From Camelus dromedarius (Eukaryota), in contig NC_087451.1 of NCBI RefSeq assembly GCF_036321535.1, positions 41,974,001 to 42,038,000 of the forward strand: a stretch of 64,000 nt of DNA. Direction: 5' to 3'. This document shows positions 1 through 13,080 of the stretch, in pieces. The notes beneath the pieces are model-generated. The model did no database searches, had not been told where the DNA came from, and saw only the letters and a list, made by a program, of their open reading frames with translations. Positions within the stretch are counted from its first letter, which is position 1; each line of letters begins with the position of its first letter. A program made the position numbers and the translations under genes.

Positions 1-3000
1 ATTAGGCTCAGTTCATGTACTAATTTTCCAAAGAGGTGGCTTCTACTAACATCCTTATTTTACAAGGTTAAGAGATTTATTTGAGGTTATACAGCCAGTA
101 AGTAGGTGCAGCTGGGATCTAAACCCAGGCAGACTGGTTTCTGAGTTCACACTCCTAAACACCAGGCTACGCTGCCTCGGTGTGTGGCAGACACCTCACT
201 CTGCATTGTGCTCTGGTTACTGGTATCCATGCCCATCTCCCTCACTACACTATCCTTGAGGACCAGAACTGTGTGTGTATTTTTTACAGCACCCAGCATA
301 ATGCTTTATTCTATTTAGGAACATTACTAAGCTTGGTTGAATTGAAGACACAGTCCCTGCTCTCAAGGGTGTCATGCATCATAGGGATCAAAGACATGTA
401 ATCAAATAAACAAAACTCAAACAGCATTCACTTTAGTCAGATGCAAATAAAATTCCATGGAAATGATTCCTCTTTTAGGTGCTAACATTGCCATTTAGAG
501 ATCTTCTACATGCCAGGAATGGTGTGAAGCACTTTTCATATTTTATCTCATAATCCTTTCTGATTTTTCTCATAACCCAGATCTAATAATTCCTGCAAGG
601 CAGAGATTGTTGTCATCTCTGCTTAAGAGAACAAGGCTCAGACGGCTTAGGTCACTCATCTGAGACCACAGTTAAGAACTGACGGAAGCAGAGTCCAAAT
701 TCAAGTCTATCTGAGTTCAAAACACATTTGGAAGGTGACTAGCTAGCACATTTCATGATTTTGGTTGAAATTTTGAAGTTAAGCCATGCCTTTATTTTTC
801 TGTTTCATTGTTCGGGGTGTTGGAGTTTTTGTGAGAACTTCTCACTTCTCTTTGTTGCAGAACGTGATGACATAGTACTACTGCTGGTGATGAAGAGGAC
901 GACAGGGATGAAAGTGACAAGTCACCACCATCACTAAGCAGACTAGGAGTGAACAGGAAAAGCTACCCAATACACTGAAAGTAGGGAGAGAAAGAGAGGG
1001 TTAGGTTGAGATAGTGGACTAAATACTCACTCCAGCCAGCTCTGTATCATTATAAACATCGGGACAGGTATTAAAGAAAATCCACAGCATTGCTAGAAAT
1101 TAGGAGGAGTTTCTAGCCCTCAGTGGGCTAGAAACTAGAAACCATGAAGATTTCCTGAAAAATAGGTGGCAGAGAGGGTCATGTTGAAAGGGTTACCCAC
1201 AGCCCACATATCGGGCAAGCAAGGTCTGCCACAAAAGGTAGGAACCGCTCCAGGGGTGTCCCTAACTGGGACGCACAGACAAGGGAAGAGGAGGAGTCAC
1301 GCCTTGGGTGCCGCAAAGGTTGTAGTCAGAAGTATCAGCTTCCTCGCTCCTTGTCCCAGCACTTCTTGCCATCAGAGGCAACTCTGAGGCTTTGTCATGG
1401 ACAGGGCACTAGGGAAGATACAGAAAAGGAGAAATTATTCATGTCCGTGGTGAGTTTAAGATACACTGGTCTGTAAAGTTTAGAAGAGGTTTGCACTGGC
1501 AGTGAGAGGGCAGAGTCACCCTAAAGACTGCTCTGGGTCCTTGATGCCACAGGCTGTGTCTACCCTGGAACCTGCTACACTCCTGACTGTAGACTTGGGT
1601 ACTGAGATGCTCCACTTCTAAAAACGTGGTTTTATATTAAATTTTCTGCAATGTATATATTGGCAGTCACATGTGTACTCACCAGAAGGGTGAAAAACTC
1701 CAGTGAATTACCATGGAGATGAAACCTGGAATGAGGTTGCCATGGTAATGAAACTGTTTCTAAAAGGCCACATCACCTTGGGAAAGTAGAAAGCTCCTGT
1801 TAAGGACTTGAAGTTAGAGGCTAAATCACAGACCTTCCCGTCAGGGCCGAGTGCTCTTTCAGTTTCTCTTTACTTCTCCTTTTTTTTTTTTTTTTTTAAA
1901 CTTTTCTTGCCATCCCCAAAGGCAAGGGATTTAACATTTGAAAACTCTGACTCAAGCTCTGGCTGTGCCACTAATAAGTCATGGGGACTAGGTATCTGAG
2001 GGCCCTGAAGAGGTGTGAGGATGTGGGCTGCTGGCCCTTCTCTCTGCCTCTGTACTGATCAGCTGTGTGACCTTGGACAAGTCATTCTATGTTTTCTGGG
2101 GTTTCCTCCTGTGCAAACTGAGGGGATGGACTAGATGGCCTCTAAGATTATTCCAATATTTTTCTTTCCCTTCCTTGACACTCTACCTTGAGGGACAACC
2201 AACCTCTCAAGTAAATTAGGCCATTGGAACTGTCTGTGGTGCTGAACATCTGTCTGTTGAGCCCCTGGACTACATCCAGTTCTCAGCAGATCTTGGCTGT
2301 TCTCAGCACACTCAGAGACTGGTGGATTCAGGCCACCTCCTTCAGGAGTCTAGGAGCCTGCCTGCCACCTGGAGAGGAGGCTCCAGAGTCTCTTGGAGTT
2401 TAGAGACCACTGGAGGAGGAATCTGGAGATGTGGTCCTAGCCTGACTGACATTTGCTGTCAGTGGGTTTTTGATGAAGCCACACCTTCCCTGTGGACCTT
2501 TGTTTTCCCATCTATGAAACTGAGATGGGGACTAAGATGATCCCTAACACCTGATGGGCCCAGAAGTGTCCTGGAAGCTTGCCTGAGCTATGGGGCAGAG
2601 GAGAGCCCATAAATATTCAACCATTCCCCACCTGACTTGAGGCCCAGGCTTCTCCAGTGGTGACTGAGGATAAGGAACAAAGCACACTCCCCTGTTAGGA
2701 ACATATGTTCTTTTGTCTGGAAGAAAAGACAGGCAGTGAGCAGATGTAGCATTTACATTTTCTCCAATGACAACTGAACACTGAGGATGATTAGTGCTTG
2801 TTATAAAATGTGTCAAAACTATAATAAAAATCTCCAACTTATATCATCCGCCTACTTATCTGATCATCTTTCCAGAATCTGCTTCACTCCTCAGTAGCAC
2901 AGGATGAAAAAGTCAAAGAAGGGAAGGCTCAAAGGGAGCTCACCCTAGGAGGAACACAGACACTGCAATTCACTCTGAAATATCTTGTGTTTTTCATCCT

Positions 3001-3230
3001 TCAAATCCCCTACTTGTCAACACAATGTGACGGTTGGGAGCATGGAGTCCATAATCAAGAAGTGCCCTTGATTCAAGCCCTGCTTCTGCTCCTTATTAGC
3101 TGTAAGACATTCTTTCCAAGCTTCAGTTTCTTCATTTGTAAAATAGGGGTTAATGACACATATCTCTAAGTAGTGCTGAAAGGATTAAATAACATCATTT
3201 ATGAAAATGATTAGCAAGCTCAGTGTTAGC
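1..3230. repeat. Scattered MIR fragments (about 60-170, 520-720, 2060-2140, 3050-3230)
   Basis: MIR core motifs such as TGTGACCTTGGACAAGTCA and TTTCTTCATTTGTAAAATAGGG. Confidence 0.6.
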
Positions 3231-3259
3231 ATACATTGAAAGTGATTGTTTTGATGATT

Positions 3260-3600
3260 GATAGCTGCATGAAAACTACCCCCAAAACTTCATGGTTTAA
3301 AATGATAACCATTTTATTCTCTCTCATGGTTCTGTGGGTAGATCAGGTAACCGTGGGTCAACCGGGAGTTGCTCTGCTGCATATGATATTGGCAGGAACA
3401 ACAGCCATCTAGGGGTTGACTGGCTAGAACATCCAAGTCTGGTGCCTTGGAAGGGACAGCTGGAAGGCAGCGCTCAGCTCAGATGGCTATACCCTCTCCT
3501 TTCCTAGTAGTCTCGTGGCATCTCCTTCTTTACATGGCTTCTCCAAACGGTATCTACAGCAGGACAGCTGTTCTTACTACATGTCAGCTTATGGTTTTTC
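3260..3600. mobile_element. MLT1-type MaLR LTR fragment
   Basis: CCCCAAAACT...TTCTCTCTCATGGTTCTGTGGGT motif. Confidence 0.6.
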
Positions 3601-4400
3601 TTTTGCAGAATGTCAAATAAATAGAATCATACTTGACATATAGCCTTTTCAGTCTGTCTTCTTATACTTAGCTCAATGCATCCACATTGCTGTGTGTATC
3701 AGCAGTTCGTTCCTTTTTATTGCTGAGTAGTATTCCATTGTATGAATGTATCTCAGATTTTTTAAATTTTGATTTTTATGTATCTCCAGCTGAAGGACAT
3801 CTGTTGTGAGTAAATTATGAATAAATTCAACATAAATAATCATGTATAGTTTTTGCATGTATGTGTGAGCAAATTTTTCATTCCTCTTGGGTAGATAGCT
3901 AGGAGACAGATTGTTGGGTCATATAGAAAGTATACACTTAACTCTACACGAAACTGCCAAACTGTTTTTCCAGAGTGGTTGTCACATTTTGCATTCCCAC
4001 CAGCAATGTGTGAGTGTTCTAGTTGCTCTGCATCCTCGCCAGTGCTGAGTAATGTCAGGGTTATTCATCTATTTTGTATTTTGTTTATTTGTATGTGTGT
4101 CTTTCTAGTATGTGTGCAGCAATATCTCATTGTGGGTTAAATTTGTGTTTTCTAATGACTGATGGTGTTGAACATCTTTTCGTGGACTCATTTACCATCT
4201 GCATATGTTCTTTAGTAAAGTACCTTTCGCTTATTTTTAAAGTTGGGTTGTTGGTTTTATTGTTGACTTTTGAGAGCTCATTGTATATTTTCGGTACAAG
4301 TCCTTTGGCAGATACGTGATTCGTGATATGTGATTTCTCCCAATCTGTGGCTTGTCTTTTCATTCTCTTAACAGTGTCTCTCACAGAGTTCCACACACCC
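3600..4400 (-). mobile_element. Old L1 (ORF2 C-terminus and 3' UTR)
   Basis: Minus-strand ORF VKRMKRQATDWEK...KRCSTPSVIR and HTMEYYSAIKRNE resemble the L1 ORF2 end. Confidence 0.85.
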
Positions 4401-7400
4401 CTCAATCCATTGCCTTCCCCACCCCCACACTGGTGTGTCCCCAGTACCTAGCTAGTGCCCGCATAGTAGGAACACCACAAGTGTCTGCTGAGTGGATGAT
4501 GTAATGAGTGAATGGGGAAGCTGAGCCTCCTGATCACTGTGGAGGTGACTCACTCTGGTCTGGGTATTGCGTCACTTAGGACTGTTGCCTTCTTGCTCTG
4601 GTTCTCTGTTATCCAAGTGGCTCTCTGATCCTTATTTGGCTTCCCTGGTCTACTGACCCCAAGCAAGGAGTCACCGGAATAGTGAGTATGAGTAGTCCAG
4701 TGACTGAAAAGGCAGCCTCCAGCCCTTCCATCCTGAGTTTAGCAAGTGGCATTCCAGTTGCTCATTGTTGGGTCTGGTCAGTCTCAAGAGACTGGCCACT
4801 TTTGAGTGTCCTGGCCCAACTTTCAGGCCCTACTGAAGCCTGAACCATGGTGGCCACTCTGAAGTCCACCCTCTGAGGTCCTACCCGAGGGCCCAGCCAG
4901 CCTTCCTCAGATGATCTCTCTCTTGCATCTCTCTCTTCCCTGCTCAGTCCAGAAGGGGAGGGAGGAAAGTCAGCTCCAGGGTGGGAAGACTGGCTTCTGG
5001 GAACCTCCAGGGATGGAAGGACTCTCCTTGGTTAGGGAGACAAAAAAGGAAGAGAAGAGTTTTTGAGGTGGAGAGTGGGATGGCAAAGGATAGAGCCTGG
5101 AACCAAAAGCAGTGCTCAGGAAATGCTCTAGTTTAATCCCTTCTCACCACAGTTCCGTGGAAGGAGGCTGCCGTCATAGGGGCTGGGAGAAGTTTTGTTT
5201 CCAAATGCAGCAGAGCCTGCTTTGCTTAGAGATAGAGTCAGTTTGCCTCTTTTCTTAGTTCCCAAAAGAAAGATGAAAAACCTCCTTTCTTCAGAGATTT
5301 TAATGCTGCCTGAACTACAGGATCTGAAAAATAGTCAAGGGTTCTTGAGCACAACCAGACAAAGAGAAATAAACTTAGAAGGAGGGGTTAGGGAGTGGGG
5401 TGGTAGTGATGGATTTAGGTTTTTCCAAAAAGAAAGAATACTTTTCCTTTTGAGCCAAACCTCTTCTTAAAAATTTAAAAATTGGAGGTCACACACTTTG
5501 CAGTCTGCCTCTCAGTCTGTCCATCTGTCTGCTGGTAGGAAGCAGCTGATGCTTCTGCTCCCCTCTGCCCTGACCTTCCCACCAGCTCCCTGGTAATGCT
5601 TTCTGGCCACACTTAGATCTGCCCCTGCATTCCTGACACTGACTCGCTTGTCCTAGGACACTCTGCCTGTGGAGGAGAGCCTTGAGCACAGCAAATTTTG
5701 TCAAACTGTCCTGCAGGGACATACAGAGACCTCTTGTCTTTGCATTGGACTTCACTTTAGTAAAACATTTCCCATCTCATGCTATTCATTCAGCCTTTTA
5801 GTAGTTCTTCAAGATAGGTCCCACATGTAACTGTTGGGGAAACGGAGGGGTCACAGACAAAGTCAAGGGGGTGGCCCAGTTCTCACAACCCTTGTCACAT
5901 GTGGGATTTTCATAGATTAGACTCAGTCTTCAGGCAAATTCAAACTCCCCAGAGCCTCTGGCTTCCCAGGAAGTTGGGTCCACCCTTCATCCCCATCCCA
6001 TGACCTCTGGAGGCAGGGTGAACTCTTGTCAACCCAAAGTGGGTGGCGGGAGGGGCGATGCCCTGATGGCCCAGTCCTCACCCCTAAGCTAGCAGCCAGG
6101 CCTCAGAATAGCTCATCTTCAAGTCTCCTCCCAGCTCCCCCTTCCAATGGTCTTTGGCTTAGTCAGGTTCTGAGATGCCTTGGTTCCTGCTGTCAGTTCT
6201 TCCTTCAGTTTAAGAATAAAAGGAAGCCATCCTCTGAGTCCCCACGCACGTCTCCCACCCCCACAGTCTTGCTAGCTCCTGCTGTTGCGACTGTCAGGAG
6301 TGGAGTTTTGGGTAATTGTTACCATGGAGACCCTGTCTAGAGTTATTGTGCAAATGTGTCCCATCTTTCTCCTTTTTTTGGTGTGTGATATGAATGTGGG
6401 TAAAATGGTGAGACTGAAGGCGCTTCACCTCACTCCCTTGCCCTGCAAGTTGGGTTACCTGGGCCCAAGCTTCCTGGTAGCCTGCTCCCCACTCCTGTTT
6501 TCTTTGAGACCTGCGACCTGTTGCTGCCAATGGAAAGAAAGTCCAGGACAGCTGAGGACAAGAGACCTGCTCTCCATGGGTTGAATGGGGTGGCCCAGAT
6601 CCAGTGACACTGGCAGCAACTAATCCCCAAAGCAGCAGCCCAGGTTCCTGGAGCCATCAGCCCACTGTTGATGAATTAAGCCAGAGCTCCCAGCACCTTC
6701 CTCAGAGAGCCTGTCTAAAAGTTGAGGTTGCTCACCTAGATCCCACCTCCATCCCACTTCCACAGTCATCACTGTGTACACAGATCACTGCTACAGAATC
6801 CAGGCTTAGCACCCCGCCTCTGTTTCCCCTGAGCGTTCGTCTTCCCACATGCAGATGACTGGATCATTAGCACTATTTTTATCATGGCTCTTTCCTATCC
6901 AAGATCTGGCCTCGTCGCCCCACTGTTTCTTTTACCAAATACAGTCAACTTGCATTCAAGGGCTTCCATCAGTTCCTTCCTCTCCCACCAAACAAACCAG
7001 CCCTTCATGCCTTCACCTCGCCCATCCTCACCTTTGCTCTCTGCAGTTCCGAGTCAGCTCTCCGAGGGCAGCCTCACCCACCTCACTGACACTGCCTTTG
7101 CTCAGGCTTTGTCCTCCTTTCTCTGACTCTTGTCAGGAATTCATCACCTTCTTCAAAACCCTGCATCAGCATCCTTTCTCTACAATGGCTCACTGCACTG
7201 TTGAAAAGATTTGGGTGTTGGAATGGGGGCGGGGCTACAAAGACAGTGTAGCATGTTGAGGAGTGCCACCAGCACTGTCAGCTACCCAGGCTACTCCAGG
7301 GCTGCCATCCAACAGGAGGCATGAGACAGTAAACATATGGCCGCCCCCTCAGTGCCTACACGGATTTTGACAAGCTTCCCAATAAAGGATTCATCATCAC

Positions 7401-8463
7401 ACGACAGTCAACGAACAAGAGAATTAAGAATGTTTGTAAGGCAGAATTCTGGCCCTGTGTGGGGAGATTTCTGTTTACAATGCCACACAGGAGGGAACAG
7501 GATCTGAGTTTGAATATTGCAGGAGTTGCTGAATAACAGATTTGGATCCAGGGCTAATCGTACGGGCTGTTAATCAGTTTTCCCCTGAAGGTTAAGAGGG
7601 ACCCTACTGTGAGTGAGGAGGATCACTCTATCCTCTTCTTCCCACTTCATTTCTACAGGATTGTATTTCAGATCATACTTTCTTGTCTTGCTGATGAGGC
7701 TTCATGAGGAATGAAGAGATGATTCTAGGTTGCGCCTTGCCGCCTTGCCTAGTCTGATGTGAGGAGCGGCAGCATCTGGCTCCCCAGTCTAATAGGGGAT
7801 TTAGAGCCCCTGCCCCAGAAGGTTCCTAGTCTGAAGGTGGAGACGTAGCCCCTGTTCTAAAAAGATCTTCAGTCAGTTGGCAAGGGGTGGGGTGGGAGGG
7901 ATCGCACACACACAGCTATGCTCAAATGATAATCTAACCAGATACAGCTGGACCAAAGTGTTAGCAAAAGTAAGTAGTCACAAAAGTAGGAGGGATGATG
8001 GAGTTAAGACCTGGTTTGGAAGGCTTTCTGGAGGAGGTGAGTGCTGAAGGAATGGTTTGGTGAAGAGAAGATGGGATTCCAAGCCATGCACTGCCTCAGA
8101 AGTGTGCTTGGCCTGAGGTATCCAAAGAGAATTGATGAGTTTGTTCCTTAATGGGTCTCATTCAGAAATCAAATCCTTTCAAGCTCTAATTTCACTTTTG
8201 TCGAGATAAAAATGGGGGAGGGGGAGAAGCTCAAGGTCTAAATTAATATTTATTGTGTACCACCTTTGCATCTAGCATCTTATTATGTAAATGGCTTGAG
8301 AGGGGAGAACAGAGACAAAGGCATGGTTTTGGTCTCGTAGAGGGTTTCCTTCAGAGCTTTCACTGCAAGAGACAGAAACCCACTGTAAACCTACTTAAGT
8401 AGGGAAGGGATTTATTGGCTCTCTGAATTGTAAAGTTCTAAGGGCATGGCTCAATCCAGGGGC

Positions 8464-8717
8464 CTGGGGGGTGGGAAGGGACAGACTGGGATTTCAAAAT
8501 TTGTAGATACTGACAGGCATATGCAGACTAGATAAACAAGATTATACTGTATAGCACAGGGAAATATATACAAGATCTTGTGGTAGCTCACAGCGAAAAA
8601 AAAATGTGACAATGAATATATGTATGTTCATGTATAACTGAAAAATTCTGCTCTACACTGGAATTTGACACAACATTGTAAAATGACTATAACTCAATAA
8701 AAAAAAAGTTAAAAAAA
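8464..8717 (+). mobile_element. Young 5'-truncated L1 3' end inserted into an MLT1 LTR
   Basis: L1 3'-UTR motif TATAGCACAGGGAA, AATAAA and A-tail, 11-bp TSD AATCCAGGGGC (8453-8463, 8718-8728). Confidence 0.85.
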
Positions 8718-8739
8718 AATCCAGGGGCTTAACTAATAT

Positions 8740-8850
8740 TGTTTCCTCTCTTTCTCTCTCTGTGTTTCTCTCTCTCTCTCTCTCTCTGCCTCCTTCCTTC
8801 CTTTACACTCTGCCTTTCTCTTTCCTCCTGTCTCTCTCTCTCCCTCTCTC
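8740..8850. repeat. (TC)n-rich tract; shorter microsatellites at about 33515-33560 (TC) and 35637-35656 (TG)
   Basis: Directly visible. Confidence 0.9.
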
Positions 8851-11408
8851 CAGCTTGTGGCTTTGCTTTCTTCTTGGAGGGCTTCATTCTCAAGCAGCCT
8901 CTCCACATGGCTGGAATTAGTCTCCAAGTTAAGATATCTTGCTCTCACAGAGGCAGTGGTCAGTTAGAATTAGTGCTAAAGGGGCCAGGCAAGTCTGAGT
9001 CTGTTCCTTTGGAAACACTTTCCTAGAAGTCCCTTCCGGCAACTTCTCCCCACAACCTGTTGATCAGAACGGGATGCCACAACCACCCCTAGCCACAAGT
9101 CTGAAGAGGCAAGTATTTGCAACTGGGATTCCTGTGAGATCAACAAAACTAGGGTTTCGTTAGTGAGAACCAAGAGGAAAATGGATATTGGTTGTGGAGC
9201 CAGCAGTGCCTATCAGAATACCAAGGAAGACTCTGATTGGCTCTGCAGAGTCATGTGGTCATTCCTCAAACAACCACCAGGGCCTAATGACAAAGCCCTC
9301 TGACTGGCCAGGCCTGCTTCAGGTGCTTTCTCCTGTTGGTGAAGGCAGCCCCAGCTGAATCCCATGGAACAGGTTTTCCACAGGAAGGAGAGGTTATGTT
9401 ACCAGCTGAAGGGCATAAGGGCTTATAGTCCATAGGGATGCTGGGCAGATAAACATCCTACACCCACGACAAGAATTTTCCAGTAAATAAAGAAAATACA
9501 CCAAAAAATAGTTTTAGGGGAAAAAAAAAACCAGCTTCAGGAATCTCCTCTTTCTGACACAATGTATACAAAGTGATGTTGCAGGAACCAAATATAGCCA
9601 CACCAAAATGATGCAGAGAAAAATGGCTCGGAAAGGAAGACTTCCTGGTGGGAGTGAAGTTGGAGTTGGGGTGTGAAGGAGGTGATGGCTGGAGAGGAGG
9701 AGCCAGGAGGCAAAAGCCCAGAGGGAGAAGCACTGTGCAAAGGCTAGGAACAGGGCTGGATGGGAGAGAGAGGGAAGGTAGGTGGACAGCCCCCGCCCCC
9801 CTACAAGTGTTCTACCGCCCTGTGGCCTGGGTTTCCTCCCTGAGTGTACCTGGGCCCCAGAAAACTGGAGGCTTCCCTTTCCCTCTGGGTCAGCAGCTGA
9901 CTTTGGCTCAACCCTGATTAGCTTTGTTTTGGCCTGGGAAGTTGGGCAGAGGGGAACAGGGAAGACCTCCAGTGCTAAGTTCCAGGGGAGAGGAGGGAAA
10001 TGGCTCTGATATGTGAGCAAGAGGGAGCTGCTGAGAGCAAGTTCCCAATCCAGTAAAGAAGTGATTATATGGTCATTTTCAAGTTACCAGGCACATCCCA
10101 GGAGACTCTAGCTGGCAGCTCAACAATTCACCATGAAACCTGGGATCCGGAGCCGGCTGGTGTGGCAGCTGGGCGAGGAGCCCAGACACAGACAGCTGGG
10201 GTGGGAATCTTTAAGGATGAAAATGATGGGTAAGGAGCTTGCTGTTTCCATGGAAACTGACTCTGGGAGGATGTGACATGGTCCACTGGGTAAACCGAGG
10301 GGAGAATGCCACCCACTACCAGGCTTTACTGTGGGCGGCAAGCAGGCACCTCTGGAACCTGCACTTTTCAGCTGTGTTCCTGGGCTCTGCCCACCTCTGT
10401 GTCCTCTTAGGGACATCACGATCTGACAATGTGAGTGCCAGTTCACATAAATGTCTGAGGGGCCTGGGAAGACACCCCCGAGTCAGAAAAGACTTGGCAT
10501 GGTTCCTGCCACCCTGGGTTAGCTGTGTCTGGCAAGAGTACGGTAGTGCCAGACTATGGGACTGTAGCTGGGGCGAGTGTCACAGACTAGGGCTAGGACA
10601 TGCTGGCTTAGTGAGAATGCCCACGAGCGGGGCGAAATGGCAGGAGCTCTGGATTGGGAGTAGGTGACCTCCACTCTGATTTCATATCTATTATTACCAG
10701 CTGGCTTAGGGACCCCTGGGCAGTCACCCAGAAAGTCAGACTTGGTGGTCCCTAAGTCTCCTTCTAGCTCCACCTCCTGTCCTGGAATTTGGAACCTGGT
10801 AGTTTTGATCTCATTCGTTCCATGTCTCAGCACCCTGAACTACTCCACCACGGCACAGAGGGGCCCCCCGAGACAGCCCAGGCTCTTCTCAGGCTGCTGT
10901 GCAGGTTCTGAGACAGGCAAGATGCTGACGCAGCCCAGCCCAGCCTTTGCCGCTCCGAGCCATTTTGCCCCTGAGCTCTGGGACGTCTGAGCACAGAGAG
11001 AGATGTTTCTGAAGCTTCCGGCTGCCCCCGCGTACTCCCGCAGACGGGCTTAATAAGCTGCCTGTTGCAATAACTCTTTCATTTCCAACGGCGATTTTAA
11101 TTGGGCCGTTCCCCAGGATAAGTGGGAAGAAAAAAGCAATTTGTGTGGGATTTTGGCTAGGGCACTGAACATACACTTAAGGATTCAATTATCTCTCCCC
11201 TCTCCTCCTCCTTTTCCTTCCCCTCCTCTCCATCCTCTCCCTCCTGACCCTTTCACTCCTCCTCTGACATCCCCGTCTCCTCAGGCAGCTGCCTCTTCCC
11301 CATCCTACAAGGGGCAGCAGAGAGTGTGGGTAAGGGTCCTGCAGGCAGGGAAGAGGACACAAGAATCCTGTTGAGGGATAGGAAAGGAAGTGATTTAGGT
11401 ACTGCTAC

Positions 11409-11931
11409 TGTAATAGAGGAGAACAACTCTGACTCTGTATTGGATCTGTTCCTTTAGTTTTGACCACCGTGCCCTGTTTCCTAGGCTTAGTCTTGCTAAC
11501 TCTGTACCTTTTGTAAAACAATGTTGTCTTTAGCTTGAAATATACAAGAGAGCGTATTCTCGAGGCTCCGACCTTTAAGGATGTTAGCACTTCTGCACTT
11601 ATGTGGCAATGGCAAGTTGCAAAATAGAGAATAACCTTTGTTTTGTTGGAGGTTTACAGGGACACCATGGCCTGACCCACACGGACAATGCAAGAACAAA
11701 GAATTCCTACAGCAAGAAGTTTGCAACAACCAACCACACCGTCTCCTCTGTTTTTTTGTATAAAAAGAGCCTGTATTCTGACTGGAGTAGGATGGTTCTC
11801 CAAGATATTAGTCTGCCATCCTCTCGGTCTGCCAGCTTTCCAAATAAAACCACTATTCCTTGCCCCAACACCTCATCTCCTGATTTATTGGCCTGTGGTG
11901 CAGCGAGCAGAACGAGTTGGACTCGGTAGCA
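11409..11931 (+). mobile_element. Solo LTR, ERV1-like (copy 1)
   Basis: TG...CA ends, TATAAAA near 11759, AATAAA near 11843; clearly homologous to 27674-28169 and 46846-47345. Confidence 0.85.
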
Positions 11932-12409
11932 CCTTCATGCACACATTCATCAGCTGATATTCGTGAAGCGTCTGTCTTGGGCACTGAGTACACAACAGTA
12001 AGACAGACACGGTGGAGGGACGGACCTAGCACAGCGGGTACAAGCACAGGCTGTGGAGTGAGGACGGCAGACACAACCGCCCGAGGCCCTGGAACTGGTC
12101 ACAGGGAATTTCAGGGTTTCCTTTAAGCGTATGTCCATGACCTTGGTTACATGTGCAAGTCTGCATGAATCACTACGCCTCTTGGGCCCTCAGCTTCCCC
12201 ATTGGAACAGGATGAGGCTAAGCTGGATGATGTTTAAGATTCTGGGCGGGTCTTTCCACCTACAGAGGGAGATAAAGGCTCAGGATCCCTTAGCTTGGGC
12301 TTGCCACCCATGGGTCTGATTTGGGGCCTTAAAACAACCCATCTAATTATTTATTATGATTCCGTGGGTTGACTGGGGCTCAGCTGGACAGTTCTCCAGT
12401 GCAGTGTGC

Positions 12410-13080
12410 TCATACAGAAATGGAGATAATGACATGTCCCTACCGCGAATCCTCACAGAATTCATGAGATAATACCCTGGGTAACTGATAGTAGATGAGG
12501 GGAAGTTTCTCTTTATAGAAAAAATCCAGCTAATAAATGAAGAAGGAAAGATAGCATTATCACCATGTTTCACCACGCCCCTCACCCCCGGGAATGACTG
12601 GGTCCAGGCATTGGGCATCAACAGCTGCTAATGTCATGAGAAGGAAGCCAACTAGACATTATATCCCTTTGATGGAAGAACACAACACCTACTGTGATTT
12701 TAATCTAATCAAGCTTCTAGACTCAACTGTCAATTTACAGGAATTATAAAATACAGAGAACTACCTCGTGGGTTTGTAATCATCAAAGCCCAGATGGACA
12801 GTCTATAGGATGTATGACCTGCCTTCTTCAATAATAAATTGCAAGGAAAAAGAGAAAGATGAAAGAGAAACCTGTGGATTAAAAAGAGATTGAAGAGACA
12901 TCAGCCCATCACAACCGAGTGCATCTTATTTGGATCTTCATTTAATCTAACTGTTAAAAAATGCCTTTTGACATAAAAACAACTGGAAATTTGAACACTG
13001 ATCAACTGAATATGTAATGATATTAAAGAATTCTTGTTTTAAGAAAGACATTATTGTTTTAAGGAAGAATTATTGTCTTA
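12410..13080 (+). mobile_element. Ancient L1M 3' fragments
   Basis: L1MC/ME-like 3' UTR motifs. Confidence 0.5.

Larger units (their letters stand above)
8330..9230. mobile_element. MLT1-type LTR split by an L1 insert and a TC microsatellite
   Basis: TGCAAGAGACAGAAACCCA...GGGATTTATTGG motif. Confidence 0.6.

Noticed and set aside
861-950. Strong acceptor at 860 followed by an acidic-looking frame (GDEEDDRDESD)
   Set aside because: In-frame TGA at 868-870 and no clear donor or homology.
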